Below, piece after piece: positions 9,818 through 17,370 of a DNA stretch of 32,000 nt. Location of the stretch: positions 1,890,001-1,922,000 of the forward strand of contig NC_017459.1 in NCBI RefSeq assembly GCF_000237865.1, read 5' to 3'. Below the pieces are notes generated by a model that saw only the letters and a list, made by a program, of their open reading frames with translations, was not told where the DNA came from and did not search any database. This stretch comes from Haloquadratum walsbyi C23. Its GTDB lineage: Archaea; Halobacteriota; Halobacteria; Halobacteriales; Haloferacaceae. The translations under genes and the position numbers were made by a program. Numbering within the stretch: position 1 is the first letter of the stretch; each line of letters opens with the position of its first letter.

Positions 9818-10306
9818 ATGACAGACCCAACACGTATCACCGCGCTTGCAGTTACAACAGATGATCTTATCACAGCAATTGAGTCAAGTATTCGCGACCG
9901 ACGTGGGACCGTCCTTCGCGTCACCCCACCATTCACCGGACGAATGCGAGCACGACTCCATGTTGCTGATGTGGATGTCGATGTCGACCATACGGCGAAT
10001 GATCGTGAACACCATGATGAAACGAGTTACGTAGTTCGACCAAACGATGAGCATGCAGTAGATACCGAGCCAGTGACAATTGACCCGGAACGGTTTATTG
10101 ATGATGTACCACCGCTTCCAACCGTTGATTCCATAGAAGATAAACTTCGACGTTCGACGACACAATATTCGCAGTCACGCCACCGTGAGTGGTATCAATC
10201 CGCTATTGAAACATGGCGCGAATCAGTCTGTGATCGGCGCGTGAATACAGTAATACTTGATTTGGAGAATAAAAAACACTCAGTCGATGTATCGTATCTT
10301 GGATGA
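9818..10306 (+). CDS. Acidic hypothetical protein, probably translationally linked to the upstream zinc-ribbon ORF
   Basis: This is a 162-aa ORF with haloarchaeal acidic composition and no competing ORF. I do not recognise a family. Confidence 0.55.
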   Translation: MTDPTRITALAVTTDDLITAIESSIRDRRGTVLRVTPPFTGRMRARLHVADVDVDVDHTANDREHHDETSYVVRPNDEHAVDTEPVTIDPERFIDDVPPLPTVDSIEDKLRRSTTQYSQSRHREWYQSAIETWRESVCDRRVNTVILDLENKKHSVDVSYLG

Positions 10307-10410
10307 TCATCAGTCATCGTTTATCTCATTTGATGATAGTTAGATCACTCAAATCACATGAACTGCCTCAGGATCACATCAAAGCCTTGTAGCATTCGCC
10401 TCGATTTTCT

Positions 10411-10785
10411 TTGACGTCCTCTCCGCCCTGAAGGGCGAAGATTCCCACGGCACCGAACCGCTGGTTTGGGATGTGTAAGATTTGTAGTCGCCCGATGTGG
10501 ACGATTACTGGCTGTGCCAACCAGCCGTTACTCCTATCCCGGCATGGGATTCAGAGGTACGTCTTACTGCTCACACCCTCATTCTGGCACGGAAGAGGGT
10601 GTCTCCCGCTTGAAATCAGGGAATCCCGATACTGTCCGATTGATTGGGCGGGTAGACCGCCTCGGTTGACCACTGGACGGTGTCAGGTTGCTTAAAACAT
10701 CCGTTCTGCACGTTGAATGTGGTTCACGGAGGGTTTGTCGGATTTATCCCCGCTGTGAACGGCGGGGCTTTCTCCTCGCACTTCC
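10411..10785 (-). mobile_element. 375-bp tnpB-less miniature (MITE/PATE) of the same IS family as the intact element at 21316
   Basis: On the minus strand it reads TTAC|ggaagtgcgaggagaaagccccgccgttcacagcgggg... (left end matching 21316-21360). It continues ...aataggagtaacggctggttggcacagcc...ggttcggtgccgtgggaatcttcgcccttcagggcggagaggacGTCAA (right end matching 22648-22811). Confidence 0.65.
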
Positions 10786-11024
10786 GTAAATCTGCAACTA
10801 GCAAACAAATCTGGTTACCACATGACATCCTCCACGCCGTTCACGGCGCAGTTTCCTCCGTGTGAGTCTCAGTGGGTCTCTGACTCGCCAGAGCCAGAGG
10901 CAACATTCCCGTCACGGTATACGGTATTCTGGTCTGTGCGCTGTTGTTTGTGATTTTCATGAGAGCGTGGTGACTCCAACCAATGCGTTTCCAGCACGTC
11001 GGTTAACGCCCACGTACAGGCGTA

Positions 11025-11068
11025 CAAGGCGACTGCCTCGGGGCTTGATCTCGAGGGTAAACCGACAC
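11025..11068 (+). repeat. GC-rich palindromic repeat, copy b
   Basis: caaggcgacTGCCTCGGGGCTTGatctcgagggtaaaccgacac. Confidence 0.6.
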
Positions 11069-11337
11069 CCCTCATCCAAACGCAATGGTTAATCAAGTAG
11101 GTCAGTAAATACTGAATTGTGATGGTTAGTGTGTTTGGCTGAGAGTCCAATAACATGGGCGGTCAGACATCAAGACTGTCCAACTCAGAGAGGGGTGGGA
11201 CATTCCAAATCAACGTCGTCCGAGAGATGAAGTCTCTCGTGATCACGAAAATCTTCGATTTTCGAACGACCTGTGGGGAGCGCTCTGAAACGGCTCTCTC
11301 GGTGAGAGTGGGTTTGTAAGTTCTGTCAGAGAAACAG

Positions 11338-11373
11338 GAAGCCTCGGGGCTTGCCCGCGAGGCAGGTTCACGC
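11338..11373 (+). repeat. GC-rich palindromic repeat, copy c
   Basis: gaaGCCTCGGGGCTTGCCCGCGAGGCaggttcacgc. Confidence 0.6.
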
Positions 11374-12038
11374 TGTGCCAATGCATTCTTTATATAATCG
11401 CTCTATCAGGTCTCGGCACACGCGATTCACGCCCGTAGTAAACGGCAGGATTCTTTCGCTGTATCAAGATAGTGATCGGCATCCCACCGCTTCAGGGCTG
11501 TCTCCTAATTATGAGTTCACTGAGTTTCAAACTGCTGTTTCAGGTACCCTCGAACCCAGTCTGTAATCAGAAGACCGAGGCGAGGACCGATTCGGGCGGG
11601 GATATCTGCGGGAGGGGGTTGCTGAATGCAAATAAACAAGATCAACAGGATCGTTCCATAGTGGTGTTTCATCCGTGGATATCAGGATTTTTATTTAATT
11701 CATCGATCTCGACAGCGACTCGATGTGTGGATAAGAGACAGCCCTTCAGTGATGGGAGGAGGTCAAGTTGAGACTGCTTCTCCCAAGAAGTGCGGGGAAA
11801 TAGCAATTATGTGGGCAATAATTCATTAGTGAGTATCTTTGCATATTATAGGACAGATCACATGTACCGTACCGCCGAAATATACGTCCATTAGTATTGA
11901 ACGCCGCTTTGTATCCCGATTTTTAATCTCTATCCCCGACGAATACTTTAAATACTTTAGTGTATTACATACGGTAAGGTCTACTGCCAAGGCTCTCCTG
12001 TATTCTTGACCGGCCAGCACACGACCGCCGTCCCCATT

Positions 12039-13079
12039 ATGAGTGACACACGCACAAGAGAGTATACCGAGCGAGAATCGGAAAAGCACGACGAGGAAAC
12101 GGTCGATGATAAGGAAGCTTCGACGACAGAGACAAGAAGGCGGACAGAAACTGAGTCAGAAGTTGAATCAGCATCAGAGACGCATCGCTGTCCTGAATGT
12201 AGTGGAAATCTGATCCAAGATGAAGCACGTGGTGAGACAGTCTGTTCTGACTGTGGGCTTGTCGTTGATGAAAATTCAATCGATCGTGGACCAGAGTGGC
12301 GTGCTTTTGATAGCGCTGAACGGGATCAAAAATCTCGTGTTGGTGCCCCAACGACGAAATTGATGCATGATAAGGGACTTTCAACGAATATTGGCTGGCA
12401 AGATAAAGACGCATATGGAAATGCGTTATCAGCTCGCCAGCGTGAACAGATGCAGCGGCTTCGAACATGGAATGAACGGTTCCGAACGCGGGATTCAAAA
12501 GAACGTAATCTGAAGCAGGCACTTGGTGAGATCGATCGAATGGCTTCCGCACTTGGCCTTCCAGAGAGTGTTCGTGAGACTGCCTCCGTAATTTACCGTC
12601 GAGCACTTGATGAGGATCTCCTTCCTGGGCGTTCAATCGAAGGAGTTGCAACCGCAGCATTATATGCCGCTGCTCGGCAGGCTGGAACTCCACGATCGCT
12701 CGATGAAATTGAGCGCGTCTCTCGAGTTGACCGGATGGAATTGACACGAACATATCGATATGTGGTCAGAGAACTCAAACTAGAAATTGAACCAGCGGAC
12801 CCAGAGCAGTACGTCCCACGGTTTGCATCTGATCTTGATTTATCAGATGAGTCTGAACGACAAGCACGGGAGTTGCTACGGAATGCAAAAGAAGAGGCGA
12901 TTCACTCAGGAAAATCACCGGTTGGACTCGCAGCGGCTGCAGTGTACGCTGCTGCGCTGCTCACTAATGAGAAGGTAACACAAAATGAGGTGAGTGAAGT
13001 TGCGAACGTCTCAGAAGTCACAATCAGAAATCGGTATAAGGAGCTTCTTGAGGCAGACGGCGCTGGCGTTCTTGCATAG
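12039..13079 (+). CDS. tfb: Transcription initiation factor TFB (TFIIB homologue)
   Basis: It has the N-terminal Zn ribbon CPECSG..CSDCG, the B-finger/linker GPEWRAF and two cyclin repeats. ATG at 12039 is preferred over the TTG at 12006. Confidence 0.9.
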   Translation: MSDTRTREYTERESEKHDEETVDDKEASTTETRRRTETESEVESASETHRCPECSGNLIQDEARGETVCSDCGLVVDENSIDRGPEWRAFDSAERDQKSRVGAPTTKLMHDKGLSTNIGWQDKDAYGNALSARQREQMQRLRTWNERFRTRDSKERNLKQALGEIDRMASALGLPESVRETASVIYRRALDEDLLPGRSIEGVATAALYAAARQAGTPRSLDEIERVSRVDRMELTRTYRYVVRELKLEIEPADPEQYVPRFASDLDLSDESERQARELLRNAKEEAIHSGKSPVGLAAAAVYAAALLTNEKVTQNEVSEVANVSEVTIRNRYKELLEADGAGVLA

Positions 13080-13220
13080 AGTGCCTAATATATAATTGAA
13101 GATATTATCACTCTGGGGTTATTTCAGTAGTGAAATTAAGAATCGGATTTTTTAATTACTTTGATAGAGTATAGAGTTAATTTACATATTGTTTGACGAA
13201 GGGACAGAGCGTCGACCAAG

Positions 13221-13382
13221 TCATGGATTCGAAACTGGTGAAATCGCGCCACAGGCATCACACTTCAGAACAGTTGCGTCTTGACGATCAATAAGGTGTG
13301 TGTCTAGTGATCCACATTCATGACAGAATACATATGTTTCGGTGTATGATTCAACAGCGTCAGTTATCCGGTTCTGTGTGAA
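13221..13382 (-). pseudogene. eif2b: aIF2-beta C-terminal half (zinc-ribbon domain), detached from its N-terminal half; it has no start codon of its own
   Basis: The minus frame reads (TAG)FTQNRITDAVESYTETYVFCHECGSLDTHLIDRQDATVLKCDACGAISPVSNP*. This is the classical CxxC...CxxC aIF2-beta/eIF5 zinc ribbon, and the fragment contains no Met. Confidence 0.8.
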
Positions 13383-13760
13383 CTACCCTGCCCTACCGCG
13401 CTCGGGGCTGCTCGCCCCTCGCTTGGCGAGGACAGGGTTTCTTGCTTCTGTGTCGGAACTTGTATCGGACGTGGATACAGCGGTTCCAGACTCCGCAGGC
13501 GATTTCCCTTCACAGGCAGTTCAGAGCGTCCCACTCCTCCCAGATGGACACTCAGCCACAATCGACAGTGCGCGCTTTTTGTTGCGCTTGAACACCGTTA
13601 CCGTTAGAGACGTGGTGAGCATCATACTACTAGATTCAACCGTGGGTGGTAAAGTAAACGTACCGATGAACGCGCAACCAAACTATGCGCTATATCCCCT
13701 CTCTACGCCCTCACTCTGTTCGGGCGGTGAGGAAGGGGGCTTAGCGCCTCAAATTAGCTA
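13381..13760. mobile_element. About 380-bp non-coding repeat element, copy 1, inserted inside the aIF2-beta gene
   Basis: It is collinear with 31628-32000. The shared termini are gtgAACTACCCTGyCyTACCGCGCTCGGGGCTGCTCG...CAGGGTTTCyTGCTTC and ...GGCTTAGCrCCT. There is no TIR, and the internal ORFs are not conserved between copies. Confidence 0.7.
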
Positions 13761-14014
13761 AAATCACCAGTAAACCGAGCCCGAGCCCGACCCTTATCAT
13801 CTATTTGAGCACTTGTTCCGAGTTCCGACTGGAGATACCGGACAATATGATTTGGTTTTCGTGCCAACGGGTCATATGTCGTCTCGAAGTTTTCCCAGAC
13901 CGTCCGATTTCCTTCGATATGAATGTCCGGAGTGGGCAGTTCAAACCTATGTCCTTCCTCAGCGACGTCTGGTGTCTCCGCAAGCGCACGGTTCAATTGC
14001 TTATCGTAGTCCAT
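13754..14014 (-). pseudogene. eif2b: aIF2-beta N-terminal half (85 codons), terminated by a stop inside the inserted element
   Basis: The translation is MDYDKQLNRALAETPDVAEEGHRFELPTPDIHIEGNRTVWENFETTYDPLARKPNHIVRYLQSELGTSAQIDDKGRARARFTGDF, followed by S-stop contributed by the insertion. Confidence 0.85.
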
Positions 14015-14223
14015 ATCTGCCAGGACGATCGTCGGGAGATATACAATTTACGGGGAATTAATATTAAAAATACTACATATCATGACATTAAAACAGAATT
14101 AGATAGAATTAAGATCCATGTAGAATATCCGATACACCCTCAGAAACGACCAAATTTGAGAGATGTATGATAACGTGACTCAAGATAGTAATATATCCCT
14201 CCGGTTTCAAGCCAAAGTTGCTT

Positions 14224-14460
14224 ATGAAAAAGCAGGAACTCATCCACCTTCACGGCCTGCTTGCAGAGGTACATACCCAGGTCGAAGCATGGGAGGAGAC
14301 AGACATTCCGCTTACCGCGTATAATGAACTTGGTGTTCGACCAACATCGATACATAAATCCAAGACAGATCATAAAGCGGCCGTATTCAAGCTTATCGAA
14401 GGAATCACCGCACCGATGGACGAATCTGAGCCGGATCGTGTTGCACCAACTGCTGACTGA
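14224..14460 (+). CDS. Small conserved archaeal protein (UPF0058-like, from memory)
   Basis: The ORF reads MKKQELIHLHGLLAEVHTQVE..., 78 aa from ATG 14224. Confidence 0.5.
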   Translation: MKKQELIHLHGLLAEVHTQVEAWEETDIPLTAYNELGVRPTSIHKSKTDHKAAVFKLIEGITAPMDESEPDRVAPTAD

Positions 14461-14558
14461 TCAGGATTAAGTGACGTCTTTTTGATATACATCAATTAGC
14501 GACGCAGACTCGCTGTATTCATCAAAACAGGTTCGAGTGATCTACATTGATAGATTAC

Positions 14559-14597
14559 AAGGAGGATGCCCGGGGGTTAAGCCGAGGCGATTCACAC
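14559..14597. repeat. GC-rich palindromic repeat, degenerate copy g
   Basis: aaggaggatGCCCGGGGGTTAAGCCGAGGCgattcacac, preceded by gatTAC. Confidence 0.45.
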
Positions 14598-14760
14598 ATA
14601 CGAGACGCACGAATAGACAGATATTAATTGTGTGTATAAACAGTGACCTCTGGTCTCCTGGTGTAGTCCAATTAGTTTATGCCATCGCCAGTGTCGAACA
14701 GTAATCGAAGTTATAGTTGTAGACTGTCGCAACCAATATTAATTTCAATTGTAAGGTACC

Positions 14761-15362
14761 ACGGGTCGGGTTACCCGTGGAACTCTCGCTACGATCTTTA
14801 GATTCATGTCGATTCTTAAAGATTACTTGAGTAAATTATACGCTGAACAGGCGCAATACCACGCCGTCACAGTGGGGGATTACGAATGGTTTTCCTGGAC
14901 AGCGGTGTATATATCAGTGTCGGCGCATCGGTTGTGAATCCGATATAGTCGAGTGCCCGACAGGTGGCGGTTCGAGTGTGAGTGTCCGCCCACGCTGGAA
15001 ATAGGGTGTGCCCTACGTGGGAATCAAACAACGAGTATCGGGCTCTTGTTACCAATACAAGTAACTCCGAGTCCGGTGACAGTGACGGTGACCGAAGCTC
15101 CTGTGGCACAACCAACACAGGGACTTCGCATCGGGTGAAGAGAGGAGTACTGGAGGCTGAGATGTGGCACTCCCTAGAGATTGCCCAGTGACCGGTCACA
15201 CACCGATTCCAACGGTGGACTGGCTTGGTATTGGTATTGGGAGTCTGCAAACCCAAACTCAAACCCAAACTCAAATCCAAACCGAAAGCTGATACTCCCA
15301 ACCCAGCGAGGCGGTGCGGTGCCGTGGGATTCCTCCCGCCTTTAGTCGGAGGAAGATGTCAA
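14761..15362 (+). mobile_element. GC-rich tnpB-less IS200/IS605-like element (E2) retaining a decayed tnpB 3' end
   Basis: The left hairpin is CCACGGGT-cgggtt-ACCCGTGG, preceded by GTAC. The right end is cccaacccagcgaggcggtgcggtgccgtgggattcctcccgcctttagtcggaggaagatGTCAA. The remnant frame FECEC / SAHAGNRVCPTWE..NTSNSESG parallels CDTCG..ANADVNGAENI..NRSNGWLA of the intact TnpB. Confidence 0.55.
15249..15288 (+). repeat. Imperfect hexanucleotide tandem repeat (AAACYC)n inside E2
   Basis: aaaccc aaactc aaaccc aaactc aaatcc aaaccg aaag; it is preceded by the ggtattggtattgg duplication. Confidence 0.8.
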
Positions 15363-15562
15363 AGAGTATAATAGGGAATTCCCGTGTATTTTAGCGCCGA
15401 GAAAAGGTCAGTTCAGATATTGAGATTAATGTTATCACATTGAGATGGTGCGCCGGGGTTCGTATCAAGTTGCAATAGAATATACTTGATGAGAATCGAT
15501 TATATCAATCTAATATGGTTTTGAGCACCAATCAACGGTGAATAGCATATACTCATGAATCC

Positions 15563-16072
15563 TCATGATTCCTCAACAAGCTCATCAAATTCAGGGATAA
15601 GATTATCACCATCTGAATCATCATCCGTATTATTCGCAGATTCATCACCCGATGAGATATTACTTCCAGTCTCAGAGTTTGTCTCTGGAGATTCTTCGTC
15701 ATCATCCGCAATTGGATCAATACGAAGGATTTTCAACGGGATATTCTCAAGTCGTTGTCCAATCTCCTTGCGGGCAATTCGAGATGCATGTTCAGTACGT
15801 TCAACATTGAAAACCGTCATCTCGAGCTCAAGCGCCACAAGCGCTTCATCTGCAGCGACAAATGCCGGAGGAAGTTCTTCACCTGAGGGTGAGTGCCGCG
15901 AGCCCATTGAAATTTCAACGTAACTGAGATCAGGATTCAACATCTCCCCGGTCTTTGAAATGGCAATGCGTACGGCTTCATCGGTTGACTCCACATCATA
16001 AACCGGGACAGCAGCCTCGACGGCGACACTACAGTCCATATCATAATACTCTATGACCGCAGATGGCATCAA
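15563..16072 (-). CDS. UPF0212/DUF555-like archaeal protein with a long acidic tail
   Basis: The N-terminus reads CSVAVEAAVPVYDVESTDEAVRIAISKTGEMLNPDLSYVEI... Its start overlaps the ogg stop by 4 nt. Confidence 0.6.
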   Translation of the reverse strand: MMPSAVIEYYDMDCSVAVEAAVPVYDVESTDEAVRIAISKTGEMLNPDLSYVEISMGSRHSPSGEELPPAFVAADEALVALELEMTVFNVERTEHASRIARKEIGQRLENIPLKILRIDPIADDDEESPETNSETGSNISSGDESANNTDDDSDGDNLIPEFDELVEES

Positions 16073-17082
16073 AGGTTCGCTGTATCAGCCGACGACACTT
16101 CTCCGCCACCACGAAGATAATAGAACACGTATGTCTGTGCATACCCAGCGTATTGACCACCAAGCCGGTCACGGATCGCTCGCGATGTCTGCACATATCC
16201 ATCACGGTCACATGCCGGGAAATGCTCAGCAATCGCCGTTTGAATCCACGTATCAAGCGGGACCGCCTCTGTATAATCAAGTGAAAATAATAATACACAG
16301 TCTGCAACTTTGTTTCCAACTCCGACAAACTGTGTGAGATATTCACGAGCGTCTTCATATGCACGTTCAGCAGCTATAGCAGGATGTGCTTCACCGGTTG
16401 AAACCATTTCTGCTGTTCGTTGGACATATGATGCGCGATAGCCAAGACTGAGATCGCGTAACGCCGATTCTGATTGTGCTGCAAGTTGTGATGGTGTTGG
16501 AAATGCTGCGAATGACTCACCGCCAACAGTGTGTGTCGTCCCGAATGCATCAGCCATCGATAGCTGCATCTGATGAATACGTGATACTCGCATCTGCGCG
16601 GAGCAAATAAATGAAATTAGTGTCGAGAACGGTGGGTCACGGACAAGACGCAATCCATGGAAAGCATCAACAGCCGTCGTAACAAGCTCATCATCGGGAA
16701 ATGAATCATATATCGACGTGAGATCGTCGTCTAAGCGGAGTAAATGCGTTAAAACCTCGACAGGATCGCCTGTAGCTTCCCATTCAAGTTGATCTTCACG
16801 CTGGCGGACCCGAATGACGATTGGGGTATCACTTATTCCGTCGATTGGTGGTGCAACCGTCTCATACCAGTTTGAACCACCACTGACCGACATTGAGTCA
16901 TACATTCCGCTATCTGCTCGATTCCATAGATAAGATTGCCCACTCTCAAGTGTCGCTTGAAGATCAAATGGTCCGGCGATATCTTGAAGATCAATTGCAC
17001 CTGACTCGAAGCCAGAATAATCCATTGAGGATATCCAAACGCGCAATGTGTATTGGCGTTTCGTTTGATTGTCCAAGCCCAT
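16069..17082 (-). CDS. ogg: 8-oxoguanine DNA glycosylase/AP lyase, OGG1-type (HhH-GPD superfamily)
   Basis: FICSAQMRVSRIHQM and the HhH motif GVGNKVADCVLLFSLDYTEAVPLDTWI (with catalytic K/D) are present. An alternative start lies at 17025. Confidence 0.8.
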   Translation of the reverse strand: MGLDNQTKRQYTLRVWISSMDYSGFESGAIDLQDIAGPFDLQATLESGQSYLWNRADSGMYDSMSVSGGSNWYETVAPPIDGISDTPIVIRVRQREDQLEWEATGDPVEVLTHLLRLDDDLTSIYDSFPDDELVTTAVDAFHGLRLVRDPPFSTLISFICSAQMRVSRIHQMQLSMADAFGTTHTVGGESFAAFPTPSQLAAQSESALRDLSLGYRASYVQRTAEMVSTGEAHPAIAAERAYEDAREYLTQFVGVGNKVADCVLLFSLDYTEAVPLDTWIQTAIAEHFPACDRDGYVQTSRAIRDRLGGQYAGYAQTYVFYYLRGGGEVSSADTANL

Positions 17083-17146
17083 GCACCATCTATATAATTA
17101 ATTACCCCCTCCGGCATCTACCACGGTCGGAGTCCTGCACAGGCGG

Positions 17147-17178
17147 TGCAAGGCGACTGTCTCGGTGTAAGTTCACGC
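17147..17178 (+). repeat. GC-rich palindromic repeat, degenerate copy d, adjacent to a left-end-like relic
   Basis: caaggcgactgtctcggtgtaagttcacgc is preceded at 17119-17140 by taccacggtcggagtcctgcac, which resembles the E1/E2 left end. Confidence 0.45.
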
Positions 17179-17370
17179 TCTCGATAATTTTTTGTGATCA
17201 GATATAATTCTAGTTAGACAATGTCGTTGCTTCTGAGAGCTAACTACAGCCCATGTGTATTCTTTACAGTGAATTCCCTGCATGCTTGGGGGGAGTCGCC
17301 ACTATCTCGCCACCAACATATAGATATAGCACTTCCCCCGGCTCCCGGGTTAATCTATTCCTGACATTAC

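Larger units (their letters stand above)
10790..11381 (-). pseudogene. tnpB: Decayed tnpB remnant (older IS copy); may extend to about 11800
   Basis: Minus-strand fragments TWALTDVLETH...ESPRSH...YRDGNVASG and NCAVNGVEDV align in order with SWAFDRFRKLL...ESERDT...KRDGNRVERG...NADVNGAENI of the intact TnpB. There are multiple stops and frameshifts, and the Zn-finger cysteines are lost. Confidence 0.4.

Noticed and set aside
12037-12753. 238-aa antisense ORF within tfb, and similar long antisense ORFs in malQ, nadE and tnpB
   Set aside because: They are mirror ORFs of well-supported genes. They have basic, low-complexity composition and no motifs.
13381-13760. The aIF2-beta insertion as an archaeal bulge-helix-bulge intron, a group I intron or a group II intron
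   Set aside because: On the gene-sense strand the first 4 intron nt cannot pair with the first 4 nt of the downstream exon for any frame-preserving junction, so no 3-4-3 BHB forms. A U|...G| junction is possible (gaU|uuuagc...guaG|uuc), but no guide sequence with a G.U pair lies near the 5' end. GUGYG occurs only on the antisense strand of copy 1 and not in copy 2, and there is no domain V-like hairpin. The second copy is intergenic and in the opposite sense relative to its neighbouring gene. Hand inspection cannot fully exclude a novel ribozyme.
13342-13761. 139-aa ORF inside the repeat element (and 31625..31867 in copy 2) as an element-encoded protein
   Set aside because: The two copies share only about 12 residues (NYP.LPRSGLL) before the frames diverge and stop at different places. 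The composition is not haloarchaeal-acidic. The conservation is at the nucleotide termini, not in a reading frame.
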